Positions 1-11,922 are shown, counted from the first letter of the stretch. The stretch: 64,000 bases of DNA from an uncultured Porticoccaceae bacterium (GCA_964623085.1 CAZUTO010000003.1:37863-101862); one strand, 5' to 3'. Notes: generated by a model not told the origin, from the letters alone. Program-made: numbers and translations.

Positions 1-1
1 G

Positions 2-223
2 CGACTCGGTGATGGGTTTTTACACAAGCGCATAAAGCTAAAGTTACGTGGCCTGAGTGAACTAAGGGGCATAAATATTGATGTCATCGTCGAAGACAAT
101 GTCGCCTATCTCATGGGAATAGTAACGCGCCAGCAAGGCGACGCAGCTGCAGAAAGAGCCAGCTTGACATCCGGCCTACGCCAAGTTGTAAAGGTATTTG
201 AATATGTCGACGAGCAACAATAA
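2..223 (+). CDS. BON-domain periplasmic protein, C-terminal fragment (DolP/YraP-like); 5' end lies outside the window
   Basis: Hand translation of frame 2 gives ...INIDVIVEDNVAYLMGIVTRQQGDAAAERASLTSGLRQVVKVFEYVDEQQ*, which is typical of a C-terminal BON domain. It is convergent with sspB, as in other gammaproteobacteria. Confidence 0.6.
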   Translation, partial: RLGDGFLHKRIKLKLRGLSELRGINIDVIVEDNVAYLMGIVTRQQGDAAAERASLTSGLRQVVKVFEYVDEQQ

Positions 224-249
224 GGCTCAAACCGGTATAGCTAGCCCTA

Positions 250-651
250 CTACTTAACTACCTTTAGAGAAGGTCGACCTTGAGGGCGGCCGCCACCACT
301 CGATCCGTCGTTCGGCCCATCTCCATCCGGCTCAGGACTATCGCCGCGCTCATCAAACATCATACCTTGGCCATTTTCACGCGCGTAAATGCCCATTACC
401 GCGGCAATAGGTACTGACACGTCTGTAGGGATTTTTTGGAACCTTGCACTGAACGTAACCACATTGTTGCCCAACAATAGTCCTTGCGCGGCATTAGGTG
501 CAATATTCAAAACAATCTGGCCATCCTTCACGTAGTCTTGCGGCACCTCCACCCTTCCGTGCATGGCATTGACCAGCAGATGCGGTGTCAGATTATTATC
601 AACAATCCATTCGTAAAGTGCGCGAAGGATGTAGGGCCGACGAGAGGTCAT
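250..651 (-). CDS. sspB: Stringent starvation protein B, ClpXP adaptor
   Basis: N-terminus is MTSRRPYILRALYEWIVDNNLTPHLLV; there is a disordered Gly/Asp-rich linker and a C-terminal ClpX-binding-type LKVVK. It lies directly downstream of sspA. Confidence 0.9.
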   Translation of the reverse strand: MTSRRPYILRALYEWIVDNNLTPHLLVNAMHGRVEVPQDYVKDGQIVLNIAPNAAQGLLLGNNVVTFSARFQKIPTDVSVPIAAVMGIYARENGQGMMFDERGDSPEPDGDGPNDGSSGGGRPQGRPSLKVVK

Positions 652-666
652 ATCTACGAAAAAGCC

Positions 667-1296
667 CTATACCGGCGGAATCATTTCTCGCTCTTGCTCC
701 GACAAGCTTTCGCGGAAGGATTCTCGATCGAAGATACGCTCCATGTACTCAAAAAGTGGCTTTGATTGGCGGTTCTTTGGAAGCTTAACTCCCATCGCAC
801 CCAGTCTCCACAAGATGGGAGAAAGACAGCAGTCTACTAAGGTAAATTCTTCACTGAGGAAAAACGGCATTTCTTCGAAAATCGGCGCCACACCAACCAA
901 TCCATCTGACAACTCTTTTGCCTCCAAAGAATCTCCGGGCTCTCGCATAAGAGTATCGACTAATGGTGACCAGTCTTTCTCTATACGATGCATCCACAAG
1001 CGCGACTGAGCGCGAGTCACCGGGTACACGGGAAGCAAAGGCGGATGAGGAAACCGTTCATCCAAGTACTCCATCATCACTTTTGATTCATACAGCACCA
1101 ACTCTCGATCTAACAGCGTTGGAAGCGAGTTGTACGGATTGACATCCGCCAACTCAGCGGGCGCCGTCTCCGGTGTATAGTCTTCAATATCCGCACTGAT
1201 GCCTTTTTCGGCTAAAACAACGCGCACACGATGAGAATAATGTGATGATGGGTCCGAAAAAATCGCCATTGTGGACCGGCGAGCCAAGTCATTCAT
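667..1296 (-). CDS. sspA: Stringent starvation protein A (GST-fold, RNA polymerase-associated)
   Basis: [24 protein letters not shown] aligns with E. coli SspA (MTLFSGPTDIYSHQVRIVLAEKGV). The sspA-sspB pairing is conserved. Confidence 0.9.
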   Translation of the reverse strand: MNDLARRSTMAIFSDPSSHYSHRVRVVLAEKGISADIEDYTPETAPAELADVNPYNSLPTLLDRELVLYESKVMMEYLDERFPHPPLLPVYPVTRAQSRLWMHRIEKDWSPLVDTLMREPGDSLEAKELSDGLVGVAPIFEEMPFFLSEEFTLVDCCLSPILWRLGAMGVKLPKNRQSKPLFEYMERIFDRESFRESLSEQEREMIPPV

Positions 1297-1326
1297 ATAT
1301 TTTCCTTGAAACTTGATTCGCTAGAA

Positions 1327-3381
1327 TCAATGAATATCTCGCCAATACTCACGATTGAGCAACCAGGCAAAGACAAAAAGAATGCCCAAGAAAATCAGGA
1401 CACCAACACCAATTTGCTTACGCTGCGCAGCCATAGGCTCAGCAACATAAACCAAGAAATTTGTCACATCATAAGCAACTTGATCAAAGTCTTCGCCAGA
1501 CAGCTGACCTTGAGAAGAGGCGGACAGCACCATCTCGCCGCACTCATCTACCGAAACTTCTTCTCCAGTAACGGGATCCTCTTCCCCATGCCCATCTGAC
1601 TCAGTCGCGTGGCACTCTAGCAAGCCTTGCAGCTCTAGCATAACGTGAGGCATGCCCACATCAGGAAACACGCGGTTATTGACACCAAGTGGCCGGCTGT
1701 CATCGCGATAAAAGTTTTTGAGGTAGGTATAGACCCACTCTGGCTTGCGTGATCTAGCAACCAATGTCAAATCAGGAGGTGTGGCACCAAACCAACTCTT
1801 GGCGTCATCTTCATCCATAGAAATTTCCATTAGCTCGCCAATTTTTTGGCCAGTGAATATTAGGTTATCTAACGCAATCCCATGCGGTATATCGAGATCA
1901 TCTGCAACACGCTCAAAACGTGAATATTTCAGCGAGTGGCAACCGTAGCAGTAATTCATATACCACTTGACGCCATTTTGAAGGGAGGCTTTGTCATCAA
2001 AGTCAGCTTTAAACTCTTCGCAATCTACCTCACCACAGGCATGAGATGACTCCGCCCCCACCGCGATGACAGGAACACAAACCAAAACTAATACAACTAC
2101 GAGACCTTTTAAGAAGCTCCAGAGCCCCTGCCCTTGCATGGTGACTCTGTCTGGTGGCTCTTTGAAGCTGTCCATCTTGCTCCAGAAAGGCATACCAAGG
2201 AAAAATATGAAATAGAACAGCGTACATATTTGAGCGAGTACCGTGCGGCCTTCTGTAGGTGCTTTCACACCCAAAATACCGAGGATAATAAAGGTCGCTG
2301 CAAATAGCAGAATCATGGTTTTCCATACCGGCCCTTTATATCGAATAGACTTAACGGGACTGCGATCCAACCAGGGCAATACAAACATCACTGCAATGGC
2401 AGCCGCCATAACAATAAAGCCGCCCAACTTAGCCTGTATAACAAAGACATCAAAATCGATGGCCCGAAGCATTGAATAGAAAGGCGTGAAATACCAAACC
2501 GGTGCAATATGTTCTGGTGTCTTAAGCGGATTTGCCTCTTCGAAATTAGCATACTCTAGGAAGAACCCCCCCATTTCTGGGAAGAAGAACATAATCGTAC
2601 AGAACGCAAACAAGAACACGACGATCGCCATCAGGTCGTGAACCGGCAAGTAGTATGGAAAAAATGCCACACCATCGAGCGGTTTACCCGTCTCATCTTT
2701 GTACTTTTTAATATCCACGCCGTCTGGGTTATTGGAGCCGACTTCGTGCAGAGCAAGGATGTGCATCACAACCAGCGCCAAAAGGATAATTGGCAATGCC
2801 ACAACATGCAGAGACATAAAGCGGTTTAGAGTGATACCTGAAATCAGGTAATCTCCTCGAATCCATTCCACGAGACCTTCACCAACCACTGGGATAGCGC
2901 CGAACAGCGAAATAATCACCTGTGCGCCCCAAAACGACATTTGCCCCCAAGGCAATATGTAACCCATAAAAGCTTCTGCCATTAGAGCAACATAGATACA
3001 CATACCAAATATCCACACCAACTCTCGTGGCGCTCGGTAGGAGCCATAAATCAAACCGCGGAACATGTGCATATACACAACTAGGAAAAACGCGGATGCG
3101 CCAGTGGAGTGCATATAGCGGATCATCCAACCCAGCTCTACATCCCGCATGATGTATTCAACAGAAGCAAATGCGCGTTCTGCGCTTCCCTCATAACTCA
3201 TTAGCAACCAAATCCCTGTTACCAACTGAATAACGAGAACAATTAGGGAAAGGACACCAAAGAAATACCAGAAATTAAAGTTCTTGGGCGCGTAGTACTG
3301 CGCCATATGCTTGTTCCACTCGACCAGTAGCATTGGCATACGGTTGTCGAGCCAGCCGCCAAAGTTTTTCAACCAATTCAT
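1327..3381 (-). CDS. Fused cytochrome b / cytochrome c1 of the ubiquinol-cytochrome c reductase (bc1 complex), one 684-aa ORF
   Basis: Residues 1 to about 414 are cytochrome b (multi-TM, PEHIAPVWYFTPFY). An internal hydrophobic segment LWSFLKGLVVVLVLVCVPVIAVGA follows. The cytochrome c1 domain then carries the CYGCH haem motif (1936-1950) and a C-terminal TM anchor. There is no stop codon at the junction; I re-translated it by hand. Confidence 0.85.
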   Translation of the reverse strand: MNWLKNFGGWLDNRMPMLLVEWNKHMAQYYAPKNFNFWYFFGVLSLIVLVIQLVTGIWLLMSYEGSAERAFASVEYIMRDVELGWMIRYMHSTGASAFFLVVYMHMFRGLIYGSYRAPRELVWIFGMCIYVALMAEAFMGYILPWGQMSFWGAQVIISLFGAIPVVGEGLVEWIRGDYLISGITLNRFMSLHVVALPIILLALVVMHILALHEVGSNNPDGVDIKKYKDETGKPLDGVAFFPYYLPVHDLMAIVVFLFAFCTIMFFFPEMGGFFLEYANFEEANPLKTPEHIAPVWYFTPFYSMLRAIDFDVFVIQAKLGGFIVMAAAIAVMFVLPWLDRSPVKSIRYKGPVWKTMILLFAATFIILGILGVKAPTEGRTVLAQICTLFYFIFFLGMPFWSKMDSFKEPPDRVTMQGQGLWSFLKGLVVVLVLVCVPVIAVGAESSHACGEVDCEEFKADFDDKASLQNGVKWYMNYCYGCHSLKYSRFERVADDLDIPHGIALDNLIFTGQKIGELMEISMDEDDAKSWFGATPPDLTLVARSRKPEWVYTYLKNFYRDDSRPLGVNNRVFPDVGMPHVMLELQGLLECHATESDGHGEEDPVTGEEVSVDECGEMVLSASSQGQLSGEDFDQVAYDVTNFLVYVAEPMAAQRKQIGVGVLIFLGILFVFAWLLNREYWRDIH

Positions 3382-3986
3382 TACGCGGCCTCCTGATCTT
3401 CGCCGATCACAATCACTGTGTCTGATTCAAAGCGATAGGGCGGTATCTCAAGGTTTGTTGGCGCCGGAACGTTTTTATATACGCGCCCGGATAAGTCAAA
3501 TTTGGAACCGTGACAAGGGCAGAAAAAACCGCCGAGCCATTCTGCACCGCCTAAATCTTCTGCACCTACGTCCGGCCGATATTTCGGGGCGCAGCCCAGA
3601 TGTGTACATAGACCTATCGCCACTAAAAATTCTTCGTGGCCTTCGATAGAACGCGCATTGCCCGAGACATATTCAGGTCGAGAATCGGACTCTGAATCCG
3701 GATCCGCTACAAAATCGCGCACTTTCTCTGCAAGCTGGGCCAGTACTTCCGGTGTTCTACGCACAACATAGACCGGCTTACCGCGCCATTCCACAACAGT
3801 CATTTGGCCGGGTTCAATTTTCCCGATATTTGCTTTAACTGGTGCACCGGCCGCTCTCGCTTTCGCACTAGGCGCCCATGACTTCACAAAAGGTACTGCT
3901 GCAGCCACTGCACCCACGGCGCCCACCACAGAAGTTGCACCTGTTAGGAAGCGGCGGCGGCTATGATTTAAACCGTCTTGACTCAT
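3381..3986 (-). CDS. petA: Rieske 2Fe-2S subunit of the bc1 complex
   Basis: Twin-arginine signal SRRRFLTGA plus the Rieske boxes CTHLGC and CPCHGS. Its stop abuts the cytochrome b start. Confidence 0.92.
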   Translation of the reverse strand: MSQDGLNHSRRRFLTGATSVVGAVGAVAAAVPFVKSWAPSAKARAAGAPVKANIGKIEPGQMTVVEWRGKPVYVVRRTPEVLAQLAEKVRDFVADPDSESDSRPEYVSGNARSIEGHEEFLVAIGLCTHLGCAPKYRPDVGAEDLGGAEWLGGFFCPCHGSKFDLSGRVYKNVPAPTNLEIPPYRFESDTVIVIGEDQEAA

Positions 3987-4140
3987 GAATATCTCCGTTG
4001 GAGGATTAGCGGGCCTAATTTATGAGGATTTGCAGCATCTAACATTTGGTAGATTCCGCAGATAGAAGGCGCGCGCAATTCTACTAAATTCGAGCATCAC
4101 AGAGCAAGAAAGTCTCCGTATAAATGCATTAACAAACAAC

Positions 4141-4164
4141 GAAAAAGCCCGCAAAGCGCGGGCC
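4141..4164 (-). terminator. Rho-independent terminator after rpsI
   Basis: On the minus strand, a GCCCGC/GCGGGC stem (4147-4152 pairing with 4158-4163) is followed by a U-run (complement of AAAAA at 4142-4146). It lies about 20 nt after the rpsI stop. Confidence 0.6.
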
Positions 4165-4184
4165 TTTCCATAAGCAATATCGAA

Positions 4185-4574
4185 TTAACGCTTCGAGAAC
4201 TGAGGGCGTTTGCGCGCTTTGTGCAAACCAACTTTCTTCCGCTCGACCTGACGCGCATCTCGAGTAACGTAGCCTGCCGCTCGTAGTGGTGGACGAAGCT
4301 CTTCGTTGTATTCCATCAATGCACGTGTAATACCATGACGAATGGCCCCTGCCTGTCCAAAACTACCACCACCTTTTACGGTGATTTTTAGATCAAACTT
4401 ATCGACAGCTTCCGCCACTTCCAAAGGCTGCCGAACAATCATTCGTGCAACCTCTCGCCCAAAGTAGTCTTCCAGTGTGCGGCCATTGATTTCAATCTGG
4501 CCTTTTCCGGAAGTCATAAATACACGGGCCGTCGAAGTCTTGCGGCGACCTGTTCCGTAATATGTTTCGCTCAT
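4185..4574 (-). CDS. rpsI: 30S ribosomal protein S9
   Basis: [15 protein letters not shown] ... [12 protein letters not shown] is near-identical in pattern to E. coli S9. Confidence 0.97.
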   Translation of the reverse strand: MSETYYGTGRRKTSTARVFMTSGKGQIEINGRTLEDYFGREVARMIVRQPLEVAEAVDKFDLKITVKGGGSFGQAGAIRHGITRALMEYNEELRPPLRAAGYVTRDARQVERKKVGLHKARKRPQFSKR

Positions 4575-4584
4575 CTCTCGCCCC

Positions 4585-5013
4585 TTAGATATTCAGTTCT
4601 TGCGGTTGCTGAGCAGTATGAGGATGCTCAGAACCTTCATAGATTTTCAGCTTTTTAAGCATTGCTCTACCGAGAGGTCCTCGAGGAAGCATGCCTTTTA
4701 CCGCAAAGCGAAGGGGTCGTTCTGGATGTTCCACGATCAGTTTTTCGAAAGTCGTTTCTTTCAAACCACCGGGATATTCCGAGTGACGATAGTACTTTTT
4801 ACCACTGGCTTTGTTACCAGTGACAGTGATTTTCTCTGCATTGATAACAACGATGTAATCGCCAGTATCTACGTGCGGAGTATATTCAGGCTTATGCTTA
4901 CCGCGCAGGCGATGGGCAATTTGTGACGCTAGACGGCCGAGAGTTTTCCCGTCGCCGTCCACGACATACCAGTCGCGCTTCACGGTAGCTTCATTGGCAC
5001 TAATGGTCTTCAT
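4585..5013 (-). CDS. rplM: 50S ribosomal protein L13
   Basis: [30 protein letters not shown] aligns with E. coli L13. The start is placed at the MKT ATG (5011-5013) rather than the longer ORF start at 5028. Confidence 0.96.
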   Translation of the reverse strand: MKTISANEATVKRDWYVVDGDGKTLGRLASQIAHRLRGKHKPEYTPHVDTGDYIVVINAEKITVTGNKASGKKYYRHSEYPGGLKETTFEKLIVEHPERPLRFAVKGMLPRGPLGRAMLKKLKIYEGSEHPHTAQQPQELNI

Positions 5014-5095
5014 GTTATATGGCCTCAACTAACCGATTTATATTTCAATGAAAATCCCGGCGGGCGCCAAATCCGGCTCCCAAAAAGGAGGCGCG

Positions 5096-5124
5096 ATTTT
5101 AGGGATATATCAAGCCGAAATCAA
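5096..5124 (-). promoter_or_regulatory. Candidate sigma70 promoter for rplM-rpsI
   Basis: The minus strand reads TTGATT (5124-5119), a 17-nt spacer, then TAAAAT (5101-5096), about 80 nt upstream of the rplM start. Confidence 0.4.
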
Positions 5125-5233
5125 GCGCTATCGAGGCTAACCGCTAGTTAGCTGAAACTTGCGGGGTAGATACAGGTGCCTAGCCAAAAAAGCACCCTTT
5201 GCTTTAAAAAGTCATACGATGTGATGCCCTGAC

Positions 5234-6355
5234 TTAGGAACGATGCCTTTTGCCAAGATATTCCTTAGATTGCATCTCTTGTAGACGACTTTTAGTTCGC
5301 TCAAATTCAAAGGACAACCTACCTGCAATATAGAGGTGCTCAAGCGCATCTTCCGCTGATAGCACGACGTTGACATTGCGATCGTAGAACTCATCGATAA
5401 GATTTATAAATCGCCTCGCGGAATCATCGCGCTTATCAAATACGGGTACACCACTAATAAAAACAGTATGAAATATGCGCGCAATTTCAATGTAGTCATT
5501 CTGGCTTCGCGGCCCATCGCAAATCTGATAAAAATCAAACCAAACCACGTCTTCACAGACTGCGATAGCTTGGATTTCTCTGCTCTCGATACTGAGCGCT
5601 GAGCTACGCTTTATCTCATCTTGATTGGTTACCAAGCGACGAAAACTCTCTTCCATTGTAGTTTCTGCGTCACCATCGAGCGGATAGTGGTACAACACCA
5701 CTCTCTCTAGGAGGCGCAGTCGATAGTCAATACCTGCATCAACGTTCACCACTTTAGTATGTTGATTTAGCAGATCGATGGCGGGAAGAAAGCGTGCACG
5801 TTGCAGCCCTTCCTTATAAAGATCGTCAGGAACAATATTGGACGTTGCAACCAGAGTAACACCTCGATCAAACAACCCTTGCAATAGGTTAGCTAGAATC
5901 ATGGCATCTGTGATGTCCGTAACGAAAAATTCGTCGAAACACAGCACTCGGGCTTCACTCGCTAGTTTATCAGCAACTCGCTCTAGCGGATCCGCCTCAC
6001 CTTTGAACAACCTTAATTCTTGGTGAACTCGACGCATAAAACGATGAAAATGCAGACGCAATTTGTTCTCGAATGGCAATGAATCGTAAAAGACATCCAT
6101 AAGAAAGGTCTTACCTCGACCCACCCCACCCCATAGATACAAACCGCGAACAGGTACTTTTTGTTTATTACTAGAAAGCAAGCTAGACAACCATCCCGCT
6201 TTCTCAGGACTAGCGCAAAGTTCTTCGTATAACGATTGAAGAAGCTTAACCGTGCTTTCTTGGGCTTCGTCATAAGAAAAGCCATCTTGCTTCAGTGCGG
6301 ATTGATAGTATTCCATGGGCGTTTTTGCAGCCCCAGCATTTTCTACCATCAGCAA
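5234..6355 (-). CDS. zapE: AFG1-family ATPase ZapE (YhcM)
   Basis: Walker A is GLYLWGGVGRGKTFLMD. The position next to rplM-rpsI matches E. coli yhcM. Confidence 0.85.
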   Translation of the reverse strand: MLMVENAGAAKTPMEYYQSALKQDGFSYDEAQESTVKLLQSLYEELCASPEKAGWLSSLLSSNKQKVPVRGLYLWGGVGRGKTFLMDVFYDSLPFENKLRLHFHRFMRRVHQELRLFKGEADPLERVADKLASEARVLCFDEFFVTDITDAMILANLLQGLFDRGVTLVATSNIVPDDLYKEGLQRARFLPAIDLLNQHTKVVNVDAGIDYRLRLLERVVLYHYPLDGDAETTMEESFRRLVTNQDEIKRSSALSIESREIQAIAVCEDVVWFDFYQICDGPRSQNDYIEIARIFHTVFISGVPVFDKRDDSARRFINLIDEFYDRNVNVVLSAEDALEHLYIAGRLSFEFERTKSRLQEMQSKEYLGKRHRS

Positions 6356-7030
6356 TTAGCTCGTTATACTCAAAAACAGTGGGGCTAATCTTGCTCGTAG
6401 GTCTATCAATCTTCCGTGAAAAAAGTGCGAGCATTGACCCATTAGAAGATACTCAAACGGGGTTTCTAACCCCTCGGCCCAGCGAGTAACGTCCTTGGCA
6501 TTGACCACTTCATCCTCCGCTCCTTGAACGATACTAACTGGCGCCGCAAACTGACTAGGGTACGGATATCGTTCAACAGGTGGCGCTAAAAGCAGGAGGT
6601 GCTCAAGCCCATCAACGAAACCTGCACGACTAGCAACAACAGCCGACCCAAATGAGAAGCCTGCAAGCAGAAAGCGTGTTTTGCTCGTATTACCTCTAAC
6701 CCAACGCATAATCGCGTCGAAATCATCACATTCGCCATCAAACTCACCATAGGTGCCCTCACTTTCACCCACCCCACGATAATTGAATCTAAGACTATCT
6801 AAGCCTGCCTCTCGAGCGGCACGCGCTGCGGTGGTCACTACCTTGTTATCCATCGTACCGCCATATTCTGGATGAGGGTGGCAAATAATCACAAGCCAAC
6901 CATCTTTCTGCTGAACATGCCCAGCAGCTGGCACATCAGTGCCTCGCGTCATCAGCTCAAGCTTTCCCACCGCACCATCAGCCAAAAAACGATGGTCTTG
7001 GTCAGAAAACAATGTCTCTTTTTTCGTCAT
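6356..7030 (-). CDS. Alpha/beta-fold hydrolase of unknown specificity
   Basis: Nucleophile elbow GFSFG; about 220 aa; an HPHPEYGG motif typical of small serine hydrolases. Its stop abuts the zapE start. Confidence 0.6.
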   Translation of the reverse strand: MTKKETLFSDQDHRFLADGAVGKLELMTRGTDVPAAGHVQQKDGWLVIICHPHPEYGGTMDNKVVTTAARAAREAGLDSLRFNYRGVGESEGTYGEFDGECDDFDAIMRWVRGNTSKTRFLLAGFSFGSAVVASRAGFVDGLEHLLLLAPPVERYPYPSQFAAPVSIVQGAEDEVVNAKDVTRWAEGLETPFEYLLMGQCSHFFHGRLIDLRARLAPLFLSITS

Positions 7031-7194
7031 CTTTCAGTTGTCTTTAGTTATCTTTTGGTTTCCTCTAGCCATCAAGGACCCCAAACTAATTCTAATTTTT
7101 GTTTGATAGAAACCAGCTATCATATGCACTTAACCAACGTACAGTGAAAAACGATACCTGTATTACACTAGTCGATTAGACCATCACTATTGTA

Positions 7195-8385
7195 TTGGAA
7201 TTCGTATATCTGGGGCAGAATAGCTTGAACAAGACCCTAACAAATTATTTTTGGCCTGCAATCTGTGGACTATTAGTCGCTGCAGTTGTTTGGTTTGCAG
7301 CGCCGCAATGGATTACCCCGCAAGCTGATAAGATCGAAGGTCGCACACTAGATAACGGCCTCGATGCACAGCAAGATCTTTCAGGGCCTATTTCGTATTC
7401 AAACGCTGTAAGGCGTGCAGCCCCTTCCGTGGTGAACATCTATACGTCAAAAACCGTCACTGTCTACCCAGAGCCGCTGAGCAATGACCCCTTCTTCCAA
7501 AGCTATTTTAATAGCTTAGGTAGGCTCCGCCCTTCCACCCAGGAACAAAAAAGCCTAGGAACTGGCGTGATCGTAAGCCAAGAAGGCTACGTTATAACAA
7601 ATGAGCACGTCATCGCCGACGCCGACGAAATCTTAGTAGCAGTCAATGACGGACGCACTGGCACAGCCGAGGTGGTGGGAACAGACAGCATCACAGACCT
7701 TGCTGTTTTGAAAATACAATACGATGACCTTACTCCGATTAGCACTGGCGACCCCGAAGCCGCGCAGGTGGGTGACGTAGTCTTAGCGATAGGAAACGCG
7801 CAGGGGCTGCAACAAACAGTCACTCAAGGCATTCTGAGTGCCAAAGGTCGCAACTTGGCGGATATGGACACCTATGTAAACGTCAATTTTCTGCAAACGG
7901 ATGCTGCCATCAATCAGGGCAACTCTGGTGGGCCGCTTGTTGATGTATACGGCAATATGATTGGCATTAACTCACGAACATTGCAAAGCGATGGTTCTTT
8001 TGGCTTAAGTTTTGCCATTCCTGCAGACATTGTCTCAAAGGTATTCAGAGACATTGTCGAGCATGGCACCGTGATTCGCGGCTGGCTGGGAGTGGAAGCA
8101 GGCGCACTGAGACTTCCCGCAGAAGAAGCATCGGCTTTTGGATTTGAGGGCGCATTTGTAGTGACAAATCTTTATTCTGGTGGCCCCGCGCACCGTGCAG
8201 GCTTAGAACGAGGGGACTTGATCTTTAAAATTAATGGCAGCGACATCGGTAACGGACGTTACGCATCAAGGGTAATCGCAGACACAGTACCTGGGGAAAA
8301 TATTGAATTTGAAATTTTACGCGGCAATGAAAAACTAGCCGTAACAGTGCAAGCAGCACTCCGGCCAGATACGTCGACCAACTAG
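7195..8385 (+). CDS. DegS/AlgW-type periplasmic serine endoprotease (S1C, single PDZ)
   Basis: N-terminal TM anchor; catalytic triad contexts TNEHVI, DLAVLKI and GNSGGPL; one C-terminal PDZ domain. The start is uncertain: TTG at 7195 or TTG at 7225. Confidence 0.8.
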   Translation: MEFVYLGQNSLNKTLTNYFWPAICGLLVAAVVWFAAPQWITPQADKIEGRTLDNGLDAQQDLSGPISYSNAVRRAAPSVVNIYTSKTVTVYPEPLSNDPFFQSYFNSLGRLRPSTQEQKSLGTGVIVSQEGYVITNEHVIADADEILVAVNDGRTGTAEVVGTDSITDLAVLKIQYDDLTPISTGDPEAAQVGDVVLAIGNAQGLQQTVTQGILSAKGRNLADMDTYVNVNFLQTDAAINQGNSGGPLVDVYGNMIGINSRTLQSDGSFGLSFAIPADIVSKVFRDIVEHGTVIRGWLGVEAGALRLPAEEASAFGFEGAFVVTNLYSGGPAHRAGLERGDLIFKINGSDIGNGRYASRVIADTVPGENIEFEILRGNEKLAVTVQAALRPDTSTN

Positions 8386-8417
8386 GTCATAAAATAGGAC
8401 TTATTAGGATTAGCGCT

Positions 8418-9746
8418 TTAGCTATCTTTAAGAATTCTAAATTCCGCTGACTGAGCATGCGCCGTAAGAGACTCACTCCTTGCCAGCACTGAAGCCAATT
8501 TACCAAGCTCAGATGACCCTTTCCGAGAGCACCCAATCACTGATGACCGTTTCTGAAAATCATACACGCCCAATGGCGATGAAAATCGTGCTGTCGCAGA
8601 AGTAGGCAATACGTGATTAGGCCCCGCACAGTAATCACCCACTGATTCCGGGGTGTAACGCCCAACAAAAATTGCGCCGGCATTTTTTATCTTGGGTAAC
8701 CAAGACTCTGCATCATCAAAAGACAATTCCAAGTGCTCGGGTGCAATGCGGTTTGCGATGTCGATTCCATCATCAAGATCTTTGGCCAAAATCAACGCGC
8801 CACGATTTTCAAGGCTTGCTCTAATAATATCTGCGCGCTCCATTTTGACTAAAAGCTTATTAATGGATGCCTCGACTTGCTGAAGATATTCAGCATCGAT
8901 ACCAATCAAAATTGCCTGGGCAAGCTCGTCGTGCTCTGCCTGTGAGAACAGATCCATCGCAATCCAATCTGGGTCCGTTTTACCATCGCAAACGATCAGG
9001 ATTTCTGATGGGCCAGCCAACATATCCAATCCCACCTGCCCAAAAAGCATCTTTTTCGCAGTCGCGACATAAATATTACCCGGCCCTACTATCTTGTCGA
9101 CCTTAGGAACGGTATCCGTGCCATAAGCGAGCGCGGCGACTGCCTGAGCACCACCGACTGTCATGACTTTGGTCACCCCCGCTACATGAGCCGCTGCCAG
9201 CACAACTGGGTCTATCTCACCTTTAGGAGCTGGTGATACCATCACAATCTCATTTACCCCAGCGACGGATGCTGGAATAGCATTCATCAATACAGTAGAG
9301 GGATATGCTGCCTTACCTCCGGGAACGTATATCCCTACTCGCTCGATAGGCGTAATTTGTTGGCCAAGCAAGGTACCAGCAGCATCATGGTAGCTCCATG
9401 ACTCTTGAAGTTGGTGTTCGTGGTAGCTCCGAATTCTTGCAGCTGCTTGCTGCATCGCAGACATCTGATCTTCAGGGATTTGTTCAGCAGCAGCGGCAAT
9501 TTCAGACTCGTGAATACAAAGTTCGTCAACACTACTGATTGTTCGGTCGTCAAACTGATTAGTGTAATCAATCAGTGCTTCGTCACCTTTTTCGCGAACA
9601 CCGCGCAGTACGTTTTCTACAGTAGATGCGACATCTGAATCGGAGATCTCATCCCATGCAATAAGCTGGGAAAGCTGAGCCGCGAAATCTTGATCGGTGG
9701 AAACTAGCCTTCGCAGTTTCAACGCAGACATATTGTTGCCGCTCAC
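8418..9746 (-). CDS. hisD: Histidinol dehydrogenase
   Basis: Length and motifs fit ([27 protein letters not shown]). It overlaps hisG by 4 nt. Confidence 0.95.
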   Translation of the reverse strand: MSGNNMSALKLRRLVSTDQDFAAQLSQLIAWDEISDSDVASTVENVLRGVREKGDEALIDYTNQFDDRTISSVDELCIHESEIAAAAEQIPEDQMSAMQQAAARIRSYHEHQLQESWSYHDAAGTLLGQQITPIERVGIYVPGGKAAYPSTVLMNAIPASVAGVNEIVMVSPAPKGEIDPVVLAAAHVAGVTKVMTVGGAQAVAALAYGTDTVPKVDKIVGPGNIYVATAKKMLFGQVGLDMLAGPSEILIVCDGKTDPDWIAMDLFSQAEHDELAQAILIGIDAEYLQQVEASINKLLVKMERADIIRASLENRGALILAKDLDDGIDIANRIAPEHLELSFDDAESWLPKIKNAGAIFVGRYTPESVGDYCAGPNHVLPTSATARFSSPLGVYDFQKRSSVIGCSRKGSSELGKLASVLARSESLTAHAQSAEFRILKDS

Positions 9747-10363
9747 CCTAATACCTTCTCGATAGCGGCAAGCAGTGGTTTGATACTCTGATGCTTCGTC
9801 TTGACGGATGCTTTATTGATGATCAAGCGACTGGATATGTCCGCTATCGTTTCCAGCGGCTCCAGCCCATTCGCGCGAAGTGTATTGCCGGTATCGACAA
9901 CATCCACAATCTCATCGGCAAGATTCATCATCGGCGCCAATTCCATAGCACCGTAGAGCTTAACGATATCAGCTTGCTGCCCATGCCGTGCATAGTGATC
10001 GCGAGCCAATTTGGCATACTTGGTTGCCACTCGTATACGGCCCGTTTTTCGTGGCACACCAACAGGCGCCGCCGTCATGAGCTTACATTTTGCAATACCC
10101 AAATCTAGCCATTCGTAAAAACCATCACCTACTTGTTCCAGCAACGTATCTTTGCCCGTGATGCCCATGTCCGCAGCACCGTATTGCACGTAGGTAGACA
10201 CGTCTGAGCCACGCAGAATAATAAGGCGTAAATTTTTATCATTAGTGTCAAATTGAAGTTTACGGCTGAGCTCAATGTCTTCTGCAGGTTCAATACCCAC
10301 TTTGGACAGTAAAGGCAGGGTTTCCTTCAGGATTCGACCTTTTGTAAGGGCAAGCGTCAACAT
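9743..10363 (-). CDS. hisG: ATP phosphoribosyltransferase, short form
   Basis: [19 protein letters not shown] ... [12 protein letters not shown]. The 206-aa length matches the short HisG type. Confidence 0.95.
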   Translation of the reverse strand: MLTLALTKGRILKETLPLLSKVGIEPAEDIELSRKLQFDTNDKNLRLIILRGSDVSTYVQYGAADMGITGKDTLLEQVGDGFYEWLDLGIAKCKLMTAAPVGVPRKTGRIRVATKYAKLARDHYARHGQQADIVKLYGAMELAPMMNLADEIVDVVDTGNTLRANGLEPLETIADISSRLIINKASVKTKHQSIKPLLAAIEKVLG

Positions 10364-10397
10364 GAGATTATTATAGGCCAGTTAACTTAACGTCGGT

Positions 10398-11666
<1,269 letters not shown>

Positions 11667-11677
11667 CTAGCTCCAGA

Positions 11678-11911
11678 TTATCCAGACTCGTCGGGAGTCT
11701 GGGTCTTAATATTGACGGCATGCAAACTGCCATCGGCAATAAGGTCATTGAGGGCAGCATAGACCATCTGCTGCCGCTTCACTTGATTCAAACCGTCGAA
11801 ACTGCCGCTAACTACTTTAAAATTGTAATAGTAACCATCCGTATCAACGACAACATCCGCATCTTTGATGGTATTACGCACACGTGCTTCCAAATCAGAA
11901 ATATCTAACAT
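11678..11911 (-). CDS. ibaG: BolA-family protein (IbaG/YrbA-like)
   Basis: A 77-aa BolA-like protein (HAVNIKT near the C-terminus), immediately upstream of murA as in E. coli. Confidence 0.8.
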   Translation of the reverse strand: MLDISDLEARVRNTIKDADVVVDTDGYYYNFKVVSGSFDGLNQVKRQQMVYAALNDLIADGSLHAVNIKTQTPDESG

Positions 11912-11922
11912 GAGTGCTAGAT

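Noticed and set aside
2030-3130. Alternative-frame ORFs (2030-2326, 2879-3130 and plus-strand ORFs) within the cytochrome b/c1 gene
   Set aside because: They are short, without motifs, and fully embedded in a strongly supported coding frame.
5212-5394. 60-aa ORF overlapping the 3' end of zapE
   Set aside because: It is an alternative frame of zapE running into the intergenic region, with no RBS and no recognisable motif.
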